Of a stretch of DNA of 64,000 nucleotides, positions 42,501-53,800 are shown piece after piece. The notes under the pieces were generated by a model. That model ran no database searches and had not been told where the DNA came from. It worked only from the letters and a program-made list of their open reading frames with translations. A program made the position numbers and the translations under genes. Origin of the DNA: Monocercomonoides exilis PA203 (lineage: Eukaryota; Protista; Preaxostyla); the NCBI GenBank assembly GCA_001643675.2, contig LSRY02000015.1, positions 620,001 to 684,000 on the forward strand. Reading direction: 5' to 3'. Each line of letters begins with the position of its first letter. Position 1 is the first letter of the stretch.

Positions 42501-44800
42501 GTGGCGACAAGCAAGAGAACGGATGTCGCACACTAACTCGTTCAATTTGCCATCTTATCCCATCTAAATTTGGAGTTTTGTACGTTGTTGGAAATACACG
42601 GGTTGAAAAGGCTCAGCTGCTTCGCTCTGTTCATTTCATCTCAGCGAACGAAGAACTCAACGATGAAAAATGTAAGATTATATTATCAAGCGAAATAAAG
42701 GACTTTATATCTGGCGGAGAGTTATTTCAGTGTGTTGATACTGTTAATATTGATGGTCTCTGCTTTCCGATTGCTTCTTTTGGAATCAAAAATCCTCTCA
42801 CGCTATTTGATGTAAATGGGGGCAACTTTGAAATTTCCAGGTGTGATTTTGTGAATCTGAATAATGAGGATATTTTATTGACATATTCAATAATTATGTT
42901 GAAAATTGGAAGATGTACAGTAAAGAACTTGCTTTTTAAAGGCTTTTCATCCTCAACTTGCTTGTTTTCTTGCTTCGAAGAGTCTAAACTGAATATGTCT
43001 GATGTAATGATGCAGGATTTAAATTTTAAATCTGTTAGTGTTATTGATTATACGCCTTACTCTGAGGCAACTTCTGCTCGGACCAACATCATTCACCAGA
43101 TTACATTTGAGCATTCTTCGCTGCTCCACACTGTTTTTTTCCTGCATCATTTGATATCTGGTGCAAATATTGGAAATAGACACTACATATTTGACAGGAT
43201 AACAGTCAATAATGTTTCATTTTCCAACGATTCTAAGCTGTTTTTATTCGATTCATTAAACTGGCGCTTGGACTTTGTCAACAGCACGTTCTCAAACATC
43301 TTCGTTAGAAATCATAACGACTTTTCTCTTTTTACTATTATTGAACAAGAAGTACTATTTGAAAACTGCATATTTACAAATATTTCTATTGATACACCAA
43401 ATTCATGTTCAGCTATATTTCACAGCGAACAACAGTTGGCTTCATCAAGAAAGTTTCCTTCCTTATTGGATCGACTTTCTTTTATTGATGATGCATTTCA
43501 TTCATTTCATCCTCATGTTCCTGATTATTCAATGAAAGCTCCTTCAGAGATTGGGGAAATCAACAAACAATCTTCTTCTACTCATTCTTCATTAACTTCT
43601 TCTTATTCTTCAAAATATGATTGCAAAATTCCTCACATAAATTACCCAGAACAGAAGGAAGCAAACGATTTCACTTCATCTATGTATTTAAAATACAGAG
43701 AGCAACAAAATGAAGCAGTTATCAAACAATCATCACACTCTCCCATTTTTCCCATTCTTTCTTCTTCCTCCTCCTTTCCTCCTTCTCCTTCAACCGAAGC
43801 CTCTGAAAAAATTCTTTCGTCTAATCATCTTTCTAATTCACCTATACAAACTGATTTGCGTGTCTTCTCTCAAGTTTTAACTTCTTCATTTTTAACTGAG
43901 TCAACTGACAATCATTCTTTATGCTGGGACGAAAACTGTTTTATGCATTTAATTGAATGCAATGGAAGCATTGTAAACTGCACGTTTTCCAGGATAAAGA
44001 GAAATGCACTTCGAATAACTAAGTCCCATATTTCTATGCCTTTAAGTCGATTTTCTTTCAACAAAATTCCAGATGAGGAAGGCTACTCGTCTTTGCGGAT
44101 GAACATTTTTTGCGAGAATTCGACAATCGCGCTAGGAGATATCGACACAAGCGAAGACATTGAAGCTGGTAATAATGACTGGATTGTGAACAAAACATGC
44201 GACATAACTAATTCAGGCAGCCGTTCAATATTTGCGACTCCTATGTTGTCGGAAGTGGAAAAGGCCAAAGAAGGAGATTCTTATCGCCTGACTTTTCACG
44301 GCTCATATTTTGCTCCATGCAATCTTTCCATAGTTTTGTTGTTGAGCACAAATAAAAAAACAGAAGAGGTTGTGGTGGCAATTGATTCTTTAATTGATCA
44401 AAGCACAGTGGTTGTGACTTTCGCTGCCGCAATCATGGACAGATGCCGAACTGCAACGTGCCAGGTAGTTGTTCGCATAACTGGAAGTGATAATATCCCT
44501 TATGACTCGAACCCACTTGAAGTTCATATGACTTTTACTTGGGTAATTGTGGTCACAATTATTTGTGGAATGCTTTTATTGATTGTGGTTTGTGCTTTAG
44601 CACTGCTTTTCACTAAATTATATCGAAAGAGGAGGTTTCAAAAACATTTAAGCAGCGATCCAATATATAACGAGCAGTGTCAACTTCTTAATGCAACAAA
44701 TGGGTATGAAATTATTTCATATACCGACAATTCGAGTTCGAGAAAATCTGTCATTGTCATTCCAACAGATTGTCAATTGCCAAACTATGAAGAAGATTGA
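39587..44800 (+). CDS. Intronless single-pass surface protein with a Pmp/beta-helix-like ectodomain and a short cytoplasmic tail (no kinase)
   Basis: GGA(L/V/A) repeats, two G-x-D-x-CG-x-C modules like those of the 17637 protein, and TM WVIVVTIICGMLLLIVVCALALLF followed by KLYRKRR. Confidence 0.8.
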   Translation: MIASWISFIFYFPLCFESLIQSSYLSTLSLKNSSLSSSMFGFYQPQNYHAIYILSSSLVNLSTCTVFNTHSFEKSFLSCFSGFICCNNISFVSNSLVNTVSPLISSSSLHSFASSLSLLISSTRFSNFISTQSPFIYTEHVSSLSIYNSIFSNISRFPARSTSFQQCNNYVCNINCCSWSSVPDALYCSIFHTISSSSMYLFSFNNSYFDCSHEFNALYTNRSILEGSGKYSFVSDQFQGCSTNKRPLTDKNSDTCGGALFFENQPKSELTLKDCDFNECFAYSNGGSIFASSIGVVETENCTFKLNSVRFGGGGSVFFMNVKESLHLYQNQFERSSSYQEGGAAYIWNCKVDSKYTSDSSDEIRIALDAVGFQACHIAMKSGGNSAGGGCYVSSSGNIAEAGYLCGMKNITAYRCTSFIGSGIAWIIFNGNGALNEKTDIPVIFSMCFLVKNFAHSNYLEDFKDMFLKDDMFLYSKNRSPFTESFTTSENNFIVLKHPNETIQLGNEWITTYSGRLVSPESGEDDSMCGFPGHSPCFTLSSALVNDTPISVNVVSCLQGIYSHESPVALTSFQTVMVNGSGPDVVFLIGNEDRWNDEGRKKFDDRNEGNAKIFEKDYFKRQGYGFDIEQSAFYVFEVRSAYLTNIKFQINISFFSLNHLSLICISKTVMEFRSISISPFSGVISSADSSSSVMNPTSSFEYSFDNNFNQNNTLEGDESSPYELAMPLFNCINEGIIRFHDLEVSSFQLIDVPIIFIEYLKENVLVNASLFKSISRRNVKTTRSCLKLHSHASSFFEESLSATSSIIVIKNCMISNELFHIKNCTFVECTSEDSKGGAVFVACNEKMGVYVQNSTFCRCSAGNGYGGGVYLDLSKLRSLNENVTLFSFLLDSMKNNSAQFGRHVFCYILSAEMQLFDVQWSLDLSEISPSDNGLIAFEKDSRRFVDVIELFIQYQGHFVYVSGENGEDNPNCGDKQENGCRTLTRSICHLIPSKFGVLYVVGNTRVEKAQLLRSVHFISANEELNDEKCKIILSSEIKDFISGGELFQCVDTVNIDGLCFPIASFGIKNPLTLFDVNGGNFEISRCDFVNLNNEDILLTYSIIMLKIGRCTVKNLLFKGFSSSTCLFSCFEESKLNMSDVMMQDLNFKSVSVIDYTPYSEATSARTNIIHQITFEHSSLLHTVFFLHHLISGANIGNRHYIFDRITVNNVSFSNDSKLFLFDSLNWRLDFVNSTFSNIFVRNHNDFSLFTIIEQEVLFENCIFTNISIDTPNSCSAIFHSEQQLASSRKFPSLLDRLSFIDDAFHSFHPHVPDYSMKAPSEIGEINKQSSSTHSSLTSSYSSKYDCKIPHINYPEQKEANDFTSSMYLKYREQQNEAVIKQSSHSPIFPILSSSSSFPPSPSTEASEKILSSNHLSNSPIQTDLRVFSQVLTSSFLTESTDNHSLCWDENCFMHLIECNGSIVNCTFSRIKRNALRITKSHISMPLSRFSFNKIPDEEGYSSLRMNIFCENSTIALGDIDTSEDIEAGNNDWIVNKTCDITNSGSRSIFATPMLSEVEKAKEGDSYRLTFHGSYFAPCNLSIVLLLSTNKKTEEVVVAIDSLIDQSTVVVTFAAAIMDRCRTATCQVVVRITGSDNIPYDSNPLEVHMTFTWVIVVTIICGMLLLIVVCALALLFTKLYRKRRFQKHLSSDPIYNEQCQLLNATNGYEIISYTDNSSSRKSVIVIPTDCQLPNYEED

Positions 44801-45628
44801 AAATGCAAGCAATGTTGTTTTTCTTTTTGAAAATTTTCCACATGTATGCATAATTAGGATGCTGTTGAGGATGTGAACAGATCAAATGTTTTATTTTTAA
44901 AATGACTTTTCTTTTTCTTTTTCTTTTTGTGAATTTTTAAAAAATTATTTATTAAAAACACTTTTTTTAATGAGTGATTTTAAAGATTTTCGTTGTAACG
45001 AATATTTTGTTGAATAGAAAAGTGTTGAGATTTATTTTTTGTTCTTAATTTAATAATCTATGTATTTTATATGTTTTTATATCTTGATTAATTCTCAATT
45101 CGTCATTTAATTTTTGATTCAATCATTGCTTGAATGGTTAAAAATTATTATGCGTATGCTTGAATTACAATATTATGTGAGTAATTCAAAAAGGTAACAT
45201 CATCTATTCTTAGTTATTGGTTGAATGAAATTGAACTCAAGTTGCAATTTGTAACAGTTTATTTATTTATTTTTTTTTTTTTTTTTTTTTTTTTTTGTTA
45301 TGAAACCATTTCATTGCTCAGAATTATTTGACGCAATTAGAAAAGTAAATATCAGTTTTACAAGCTCAATCATTATTTTAGTATTTTCGTTTATCTGCAT
45401 TAATGTTTTCATCATAGAAGAATAAAAACATATTCATTTGATTCGCTTGAAAAATGAGTTAAAAAAAACTAATAGATCAGATTAAATTAAAAATATTTAG
45501 TGTTCAATTTTCATTGATCATATAACAAAAATGTAAATTACGCTCTAAATTTTCAAATTATGAAATGGAATATAATCGAATTCAAAGATTCAATTAATTT
45601 GGGAGAAGGATGATAGAATGATAATTAA

Positions 45629-45994
45629 TTACTTGGGATAAAATGGGGAAGCTTTTCTCGGATGAAGCTTGTCATGGCCTTTGTAAAAGAATCTCTTTCG
45701 CCTTTCTTCTGATTTTTCTGGATCAAACTGTACGAGATAAGGATTTTGGGAATGTGGAAATGAATCAAATTGCAAATCGGAACTTTCGTCAAAACAATGT
45801 GTTTCAGTACCGTCAAATAAATGTTCATTCGGATCGACTGAATTTTCTGTGAAATTAAGATACTGCTGTTCTTGTTCAAATGAAGATTGTGGGCAACCAC
45901 AATTTCCGAAGGGGTTTGGATTAACTGGGAAAAATGTTTCAATTATTTGTTGAGGATAGAACGAAAAAGGTTGTGTCTGAGGAAAAGGGTGCAT
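45629..45994 (-). CDS. Small hypothetical protein (~121 aa from the ATG at 45994)
   Basis: GC-richer island in very AT-rich flanks with a protein-like composition. No motif. Confidence 0.4.
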   Translation of the reverse strand: MHPFPQTQPFSFYPQQIIETFFPVNPNPFGNCGCPQSSFEQEQQYLNFTENSVDPNEHLFDGTETHCFDESSDLQFDSFPHSQNPYLVQFDPEKSEERRKRFFYKGHDKLHPRKASPFYPK

Positions 45995-46675
45995 CAACGG
46001 ATAACACTCACAGTTAAAACAAAATACAGAAAAGAAGAAGGGAAGAGAATATATAAAGTGAAACATAAGTTTATATTACAATAAAAAAAGAGTAGAAAGC
46101 AAAATTTCGAAAAATTGCGAACTTTACCAGATTCGTATAAATTTCTTTTCACAACAAATTTTAAAATTTTAAAATATACAATACGTTTCATTCTAAAATA
46201 AAAACATCTGCTTTTTCATGCAAATTTACTAATTATTTCTAGATTCAACAAAAATAAATGCATCCATATTTCATTTATTAAGTTATGGTTAGAATAATGA
46301 AATTATTTGAATATTCCTTTTTCTTTTTTATTTTATTTTATTTTTTTATGTTATTTTATTTTATTATATATATATATATATATATTGTTCATTTTATATC
46401 ATTTCAACATGGAATTAAATTTATTAATATTTGTTCCAAAAGAAAAAAATAAATAAAAAGATAAAAAAAAATAAAAATAAAACAAAATATAGCAAAAAAA
46501 AGCAAAATAAAATAAATAACTCTCCTCATTGTATTTTTTTTTAAAAAAATATTAATGTGAATATCATTTAACGTATGTTTTTCTCGATGAGACATTCATA
46601 CACAATTAAAAGGTTGAACTTTGAATACTGGAAATTTTTTGTAATGATGTGAAATGTTTGTGCATTATATAAAAA

Positions 46676-47807
46676 TTTCAATTCTTTAAAGAAAAACAAA
46701 ATATCAGTAAAAATTCTTGAATTTGTGGGGAAAAAAACATTGAGTGATTTATTAACCTGAACCTTTTCATGAACCCATATATTTTTTTTGTTCGTTGAAA
46801 CAGAATATATTCTATATAAAAATACAAAAAACAATCTTTTATATGTTTATTTTACTATTTTATGAAATAACAAAATTATTTTTGTTTCAATTTTAGTTTT
46901 TGATGAAGATCAAAGGAATTTATAATTTATTTTTGATCATTTGTTTTGCTTGTTTTCAACACTCTTTCTTTGTTGATTTTTAATTTCAATTCCATAAAAC
47001 ATACATAACATAGTTTTATTGTAACAGGTATTTTATCTTTTTATCTATTTTTTCTATTGTTTTTCACATTTCATCATTCTTGACAAAAAATATGAAAAAA
47101 TGAAAATTTTGAGCTGTTCAGTATTTTTATCATATGAAAAAAGATGTGAATGAAAAGAAAAATGTTTGCATTAAGCATTCACCTTGAAAAATCTTTGTGA
47201 AATGTTGCTGTTTTCATTTCACAAATCAATCTTTGAAAACGACAAAAATGCTTTTTTTGTTTTCAGTTTAATTAAAAATGACTTATTGTGAAGAATACCA
47301 ATGCATTGTTATCTTATTCACATGATATCATAATAAATAATATTTTGAAGAAATCATAATTTCGTAATTTCTCATTTTTTTCTTTTTTCATATTTTTTGT
47401 CAAGAATGATGAAATGTGAAAAACAATAGAAAAAATAGATAAAAAGATAAAATACCTGTTACAATAAAACTATGTTATGTATGTTTTATGGAATTGAAAT
47501 TAAAAATCAACAAAGAAAGAGTGTTGAAAACAAGCAAAACAAATGATCAAAAATAAATTATAAATTCCTTTGATCTTCATCAAAAACTAAAATTGAAACA
47601 AAAATAATTTTGTTATTTCATAAAATAGTAAAATAAACATATAAAAGATTGTTTTTTGTATTTTTATATAGAATATATTCTGTTTCAACGAACAAAAAAA
47701 ATATATGGGTTCATGAAAAGGTTCAGGTTAATAAATCACTCAATGTTTTTTTCCCCACAAATTCAAGAATTTTTACTGATATTTTGTTTTTCTTTAAAGA
47801 ATTGAAA
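46676..47807. repeat. Long inverted repeat: 425-bp arms (46676-47100 and 47383-47807) with a 282-bp spacer
   Basis: The arms read as exact reverse complements by eye, and mirrored ORFs 46568-46834(-) and 47649-47834(+) share the same N-terminal translation. Confidence 0.92.
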
Positions 47808-48174
47808 AATGAGAAAAAATTATTTAAAAAATGAGAATAATTTTGTGAATAATAGAGTGTAACAATTTTTTAATTTATAATATTTTATTCAATAGGTCAT
47901 TTTTTGATTGAATTTTATTTCCTATCCAAAAATTTTTTAAAATTATTTCATTTTTGTGGATACATAATCCTTTTTTGTTTTTTCGATACCTGTGAGATTT
48001 CGTTTGTTGAAACATAATTATTAGTCATTAAACATAATTATTTCTTTCAAGCAAAACATTTATAAAAGAATTTTTACGGAAATCTGAATTGAAATTGAAA
48101 AATTCTTTAAAAATTTCAAACAACAATGCAGAAGCAACAACAACAACAGAAAAAAAAAATAAAGAAAAAGAAAA

Positions 48175-48555
48175 AGAAAAAATACAGTTTGTACAAAAAA
48201 TACCGGACAAGATCGATTCCTTGTTAAACGCAAAAGGAATAATTCTAATAATTTTCCTCATTAAATACCTCATTAATACAAACTCATATGATATACAAAA
48301 CTTTCAAAACTTCCTCGTATGCGCTCAGAAAAAAATTATTAAAAAAATCTCGGAGAAACTCATAATGCTATTTCTCCGAGATTTCAAAAATTATTTTTTT
48401 CAATAATCCGTCAACATGATAATGAAAGTTTTATTTGGCAAATGAGTTTGCATTTATGAGGTTTTTAATGAGGAAAATTAACAGAATTATTCCTTTCGTG
48501 GTTATTGAGGAATCGATCTTGTCCTGTTTTTTTTGCTATATCCTGTGTTTTTTTT
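48175..48555. repeat. ~380-bp imperfect palindrome (foldback/MITE-like) centred at 48364/48365
   Basis: GGACAAGATCGATTCC (48205-48220) pairs with 48509-48524, and AAATCTCGGAGAAA (48345-48358) pairs with 48371-48384. Both pairs share the same centre. Confidence 0.85.
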
Positions 48556-48940
48556 TCCCACAGACTATAATAGAAAAAGTAATAAAAAAAGAAAAAGAAA
48601 AAGAAAAAGAAAAAGTTAAAGAAAAAGAAAAAGAAAAAGAAAAAGAAAAAAAGAAAATGCCTTTTGAATCGAATCCATTGAACAAAATGGATAATCGTAA
48701 AAATCGAAATATACTTGTTTAATTTTTGATTTATTAATAATTTAAATTATCAGTAAAATTTGTTTTTAATGAAAATTGAATTGACGGACTCAAATTATTT
48801 TTTTCTATCTCAACAAAAATAAACAATATGCAAATAAAAAATCAGAGAATCAAATTATTAAATAACAGCAATTATTTTTTATTATGTGATTGATCAGTGC
48901 GTATATTATTATTTATTTAATTAAATTTCGCTAATTTTTC

Positions 48941-49393
48941 ATGAACGAAGAGAGTTCAACTTCTCCAACTTATCCTTTTTCCGTGGGCTTACAGTCCGTT
49001 AATGTCACTGGATCATTATCGTCGATATGTTGTTCTATTAAGCGAAAACAACCGATTGCCTATGTTCCACCTCTCCGGCAAGCGTTACATATGTACCATT
49101 CATGCATACGAATTGGGGATCTTCTTTTAGAATACACTAAAGACGATGGTTTTAACTATTATTCTTATGAACAGCATAAATATCGATTTTGTTGGGCAAA
49201 CTTTCCCCGAGTTCACGGAGAGACAACAATTTCTCCTGAAAAGGTAATAGAAATCGTTAAAAACAGTAAAGTTTGGGATGAAGCGCATTACAGTCTTCTA
49301 ACGCATAATTGCCAAACATTTGTGGAAGAATGCTTGAAGATTATTGGAGAGAAAGAAAAGGCAAAAATTTTTGGAAAAATTTTTCCGTTTTGA
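48941..49393 (+). CDS. PPPDE/DeSI-family (permuted papain fold) peptidase
   Basis: MYHSCIRIGDLLLEY (catalytic His) and YSLLTHNCQTF (catalytic NC). Confidence 0.85.
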   Translation: MNEESSTSPTYPFSVGLQSVNVTGSLSSICCSIKRKQPIAYVPPLRQALHMYHSCIRIGDLLLEYTKDDGFNYYSYEQHKYRFCWANFPRVHGETTISPEKVIEIVKNSKVWDEAHYSLLTHNCQTFVEECLKIIGEKEKAKIFGKIFPF

Positions 49394-49591
49394 AAAATTA
49401 GCAATTTTTTTTGTTGTTTATTAGTATAGAATGAAAATTTTGAATTTTCCTTTCAATTTGTGATCTTAGATTTTATTAAATTTAAGATAATTTATTTTTT
49501 GCGTTGTATTTTTTTAAGTTGTGAAACAAGATTCAACTTTTTTTTTTGAATTTTTAACTTTTAAAGATAAGTCGCTCTGTCCAAGTTACAC

Positions 49592-50775
49592 ATGAATTTT
49601 TTTGATGGAGATTTAGGACCTCTTGAATTGATATATATTTTCATATTATCTTTGCTGATTGCAACAACAAAAAAGGTCGCTGTACGCATTATAAAAATGG
49701 TTTTATCTTATGTTTTATTTAAAAACAAAAACGTATAAAGTTTTTTAATTTGTGACAGCCAATATTAGGATGTTTTCATTTTGCTCATCAAAGGCGTGCA
49801 GAAAAAGCTTCTGAAGCTGTCTGGTATTTCGGAATGTACCTTTTCTTTTGGTGTTTTGGGTGCAGATTGATTCATATTCGTGACGTCCTTCATAATTATG
49901 AAGAACTTTGTACAGATATTTCACAAAGCAACAAGTTTGATGATTATTCTTAAAATACAAAATGAGCGAGCGTGCTTCATTCTTTTATTTATTATTTTAG
50001 TACTGAGCTTACAATTTTTCTCACTATTGAATGCTCGTTTTATGTTGCAGGAATCATAATTTTATTTAGAGAAGAGAAAGTCAGAGATTCAGATTTCTAC
50101 ATGATGTTGATTCACCACTTAACAACAATAACATTAATCACGATTTCTATCAACTACTCATATAAAACTGCATGCGCTATTGCACTGAATCTTCATGACC
50201 TTGCTGACGTTGTCTTGGAAATTTCAAGAGTTTGAGGATTATTACCTTTTGAATCGATTTTTTCATGGTTTTTTTGAATTTTTAATCGACTTTACGTTGT
50301 TGTTAAGTTCTTGCATTACTTTTCATTCCGCATGCTCTCTGATGTGTTGTTTTTGATATTCATGGCAACATGGTTTATTCAACGATGCATTCTATTTCCA
50401 GTATCAACAATTGCAATATTAGTGTATGCTTTTTGATTGTTAATATTTTTTTTTTGAAAAACATTTTTAAATAACATTTAACGCGTTTTGCAAACTGACA
50501 ATTCAATTATTTCCGTTCTATTTTTTCCCAAAGATTTGATTGCCCTCCATCGAAGCCATGCTACATCATGCTAATTTCCCTTCAATTTGTTATTTTAATA
50601 TTGGACAGTATCTGGTTTTGGCGTATTATACGAATTGTTATTCGCAGTTGTTTGGTTTGAATACGTGTTATTATTTATGAAACATATCATCTCTTAAACT
50701 TTTAAATAGGTTGTTCGAAATGATAAAGAAGAAAACGAAGAATATTGCGAGGACTCCATAGATGTTGACGATTGA
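49592..50775 (+). CDS. Lag1/TLC-domain ceramide synthase (multi-exon)
   Basis: Lag1 motif RDSDFYMMLIHHLTTITLI..LNLHDLADVVLEISR, plus EKASEAVWYF and WFWRIIRIV. Several short GT-AG introns. Confidence 0.85.
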
Positions 50776-50844
50776 TAGCACTTGCATATGTGAAAATACT
50801 AATCATAAAAATTTTCAAAACCATAACCACTTCCGTTGAAACAT

Positions 50845-53800
50845 ATGGAAGATGAAAGAAGCGTTGGTTCATTGGGAAGCGCAACTTTATCATCTTCACG
50901 CAAAGAAGATTCATTTTCACATTCAGAAGAAGTAGCATTTTCTTTGTTTTTCCCTTTGTTTGATCAGGTCTGACTAAAGATCTCGAAATTTTTACACATT
51001 TATTTTTGTTTCAAAATGAATCTGTTTCATAACAGTCAAAACACCCAAGCATTGCATGGGAATGTTTTTTGTGGTTCTTTGAAACACTTCAACTTGTTAT
51101 GTTTTCTTTTTATCATTTGAAAAATGGCTCAACATTTATGGATCCTATTTGTCATGTTCTAGGATGGATTGATGGAACACAAATTGCTGAAGTGAGTGGA
51201 AAGAGTTATCCTTATTTGACATTAGGCATTTTTGCTTATTTATTAATTGTTATGCTTTATTTACTCGTCGGGTCGATATTTTTTACACAAATTATTGGTT
51301 CACAACCCTGGATTTTATCTATCTTAAAATGGCTATGCAAAGTCACTCAAACAATTTTATTTTTACCATTATTGAACATATTTATGACTTCATTTGATTG
51401 CTTTCCGAATCCAAATGGGGATGGCTTTTTAACACGAACAGGAAATCTTAATTGCATGTCTGATAATGTTCTCCAAATTATCTCATTTGCATGCTCCGTA
51501 ATTGGAATTATAGTTTTATTCCTTTTTACTGGATCCACGTCTTTGCTAATATTCAACTATAATCAAAAACACGGTTCACTATTTTCTTCACCTACAGGCA
51601 CATTTCCATTTACATTGCATGTGCTCATTTTTGGATTTGTGTTTGCAATGCGAATGCTGATAGACTGGCATTTCTGGCGTGCATTCACCACAGTTGGAGT
51701 CTGTCTTTTTGTGGCATTGCTGCTGATTGTCCAGCAGCCATACTGCAAAAAAATCGGTAACGTACTCATTTTGATTAGCTGCTGCATTGTTGGAAGCATT
51801 CGGCTGATGATCGAAATTGGGTGGGCTGCAGATTCCAATGAAGAAACATCTATTTGGGGTTATTTCCTGATTGGTGCAGCGGTGCTTAGCATCGCCGGAA
51901 TTTTCATCGGGATAAAGCTGCTTTTCCGGCGCCGCAAAAAAATGTGGGTGTTTTCCGAAGATGTCCTGCGAATGATGGTTTCGGAGAATTCCCCGCCTCA
52001 CTATCTCGCGTCATACATTATGATGTCTTCACCAGAGTCGCTGTCATCGTCTATGCAGGCAATGGCAATCACTTCAACTCTTCCTCCCTCTGATGTTACA
52101 TCTCCTTCTTCTGTGCCTTCACTTCAGCTTGTTCCACCTCTTTCTCCTTTGCCTCAGTCTCCACAATCTTCATTACAACCACAATCATCTTCATCTTCAT
52201 CCTCATCTTCTTCTTCATCCACATCAGCATCAACAACACCTTCTTCCTCCTCCATTCCCAATCTCAACCCCAATCCCAATCCAAACCTCAACTCAAACCC
52301 GACTCCTTCTTCTCCTTACCCCACCATCACCATCCCCAAGCTGAAGGACCCTTCAGTCATAGAACGTGGGGTGCGTTTCATTCAAGACAGTGAATACAAC
52401 ACAAAATCCGCCCTGCGCCTCGCCGACAGCATCTACACAAGAGCACTCCAGCGCCACCGCTTCCACGCCCTTCTCCACTTTGAGTACGGCGTCTTTCTCG
52501 AGCGCTGGATGAAGAACTCAGTCAAAGCCGGGATGGTGTTTCGGCAGAGCCGGCTGTGCAATCCATCTCTTCCGCTGCGCTTTGTGCTTTTTTGCAAGGC
52601 GAAGGGAGGAGGGAGGGACAGCGGCTCGAGCGAGAGCGGGGCAGCGGGCGGGGGAAGCGAGCTGACTTCACTGGCGTTCAAGACGCTTCTGCGCAAAGCG
52701 GAGAAGGAGCACCACAAGGCGAGGCATGCGCTGAAGGAGATGTGGGAGGCGATGACGATGCAGACGCCGTCGTTCAAGCGGGTGACGGAGCAGCTGCAGC
52801 ACGTGGTGGACAGCGAGATGAATGCACGGGCACACTACGAGGAGCTTTTGCGTACCCATCCACACAACACACAGGTGCTCAGGCTGTACGGGCAGCTGTT
52901 ATTGGAAATATACAGAGACGAGGACGCGGCTGAGATGCTGTTCAAAAGAGCAGATGAGATCGAAGAAGAAGTGTCGTCGACAGCGCTGAGGCACGAGGCG
53001 ATTGCGGACAGCAGGAAGAGAGACGAGAAAGGAGGAGGTTTGGGAGCCGGGGGTGGAGCGAATGGAACAGCAGCTGCTGCTCTTTCTTCTTCTGCTTCAT
53101 CTTCTTCTATTGCTTCTGGGACTGTTGAGAGAGGAGACATTGAGCTGGCGAGCAGAGCGCCAAGCGAGTTTAGACAGGGAGGAAGAGGCAGATTCGGAGG
53201 AAAGAAGAAAAAGAAGAAGAAGAAGAACACGGGAGACACACAGCTGACGAATGTGATGCTGATCGGCACGACAGGCTCAATGGACTCCTATTCAACGACG
53301 ATCATCCTTCTGATCTGTCTGATCTACTTCCTCTTCATTGCGCTTCTGATCACTTCTGCTGTCATCTTCCACACGCTTGTCACGCTCTTCCGTGCGGATG
53401 TGGAGACTCTCCACACACTCGGCATCATCACTGCCGACACCACACGCTGCGCCCAGCTGGCTGAGCTGATCTTCGCCCACGACGTCGAATACGGCTGGGC
53501 GCACGCCAGCGACTCTGACTTTGCGCTGCAGTCAGTTCCCGTTCTGCAGCAGATGATGAACGAAGCAGCGGAAGAAGTGCAAAAGTTGGTGGAGAAGACG
53601 TTTGTGCAGACAAACCTGCCCGCCCTGTGGGAGTCGAAGGACGTGCCGTTCTTCATCTTCACATACGACAAGGCAAACACCAAAATCTCCTCACAAACGG
53701 AAAGCTTGGATTCTTTGCTCTCTTCTCTGCTTGTTGTGGCGCAAAACTTGCAGCAGCTGACGAAAGAGCCTGCTCCGCAGAGCCACTCGCACTTCCACGA

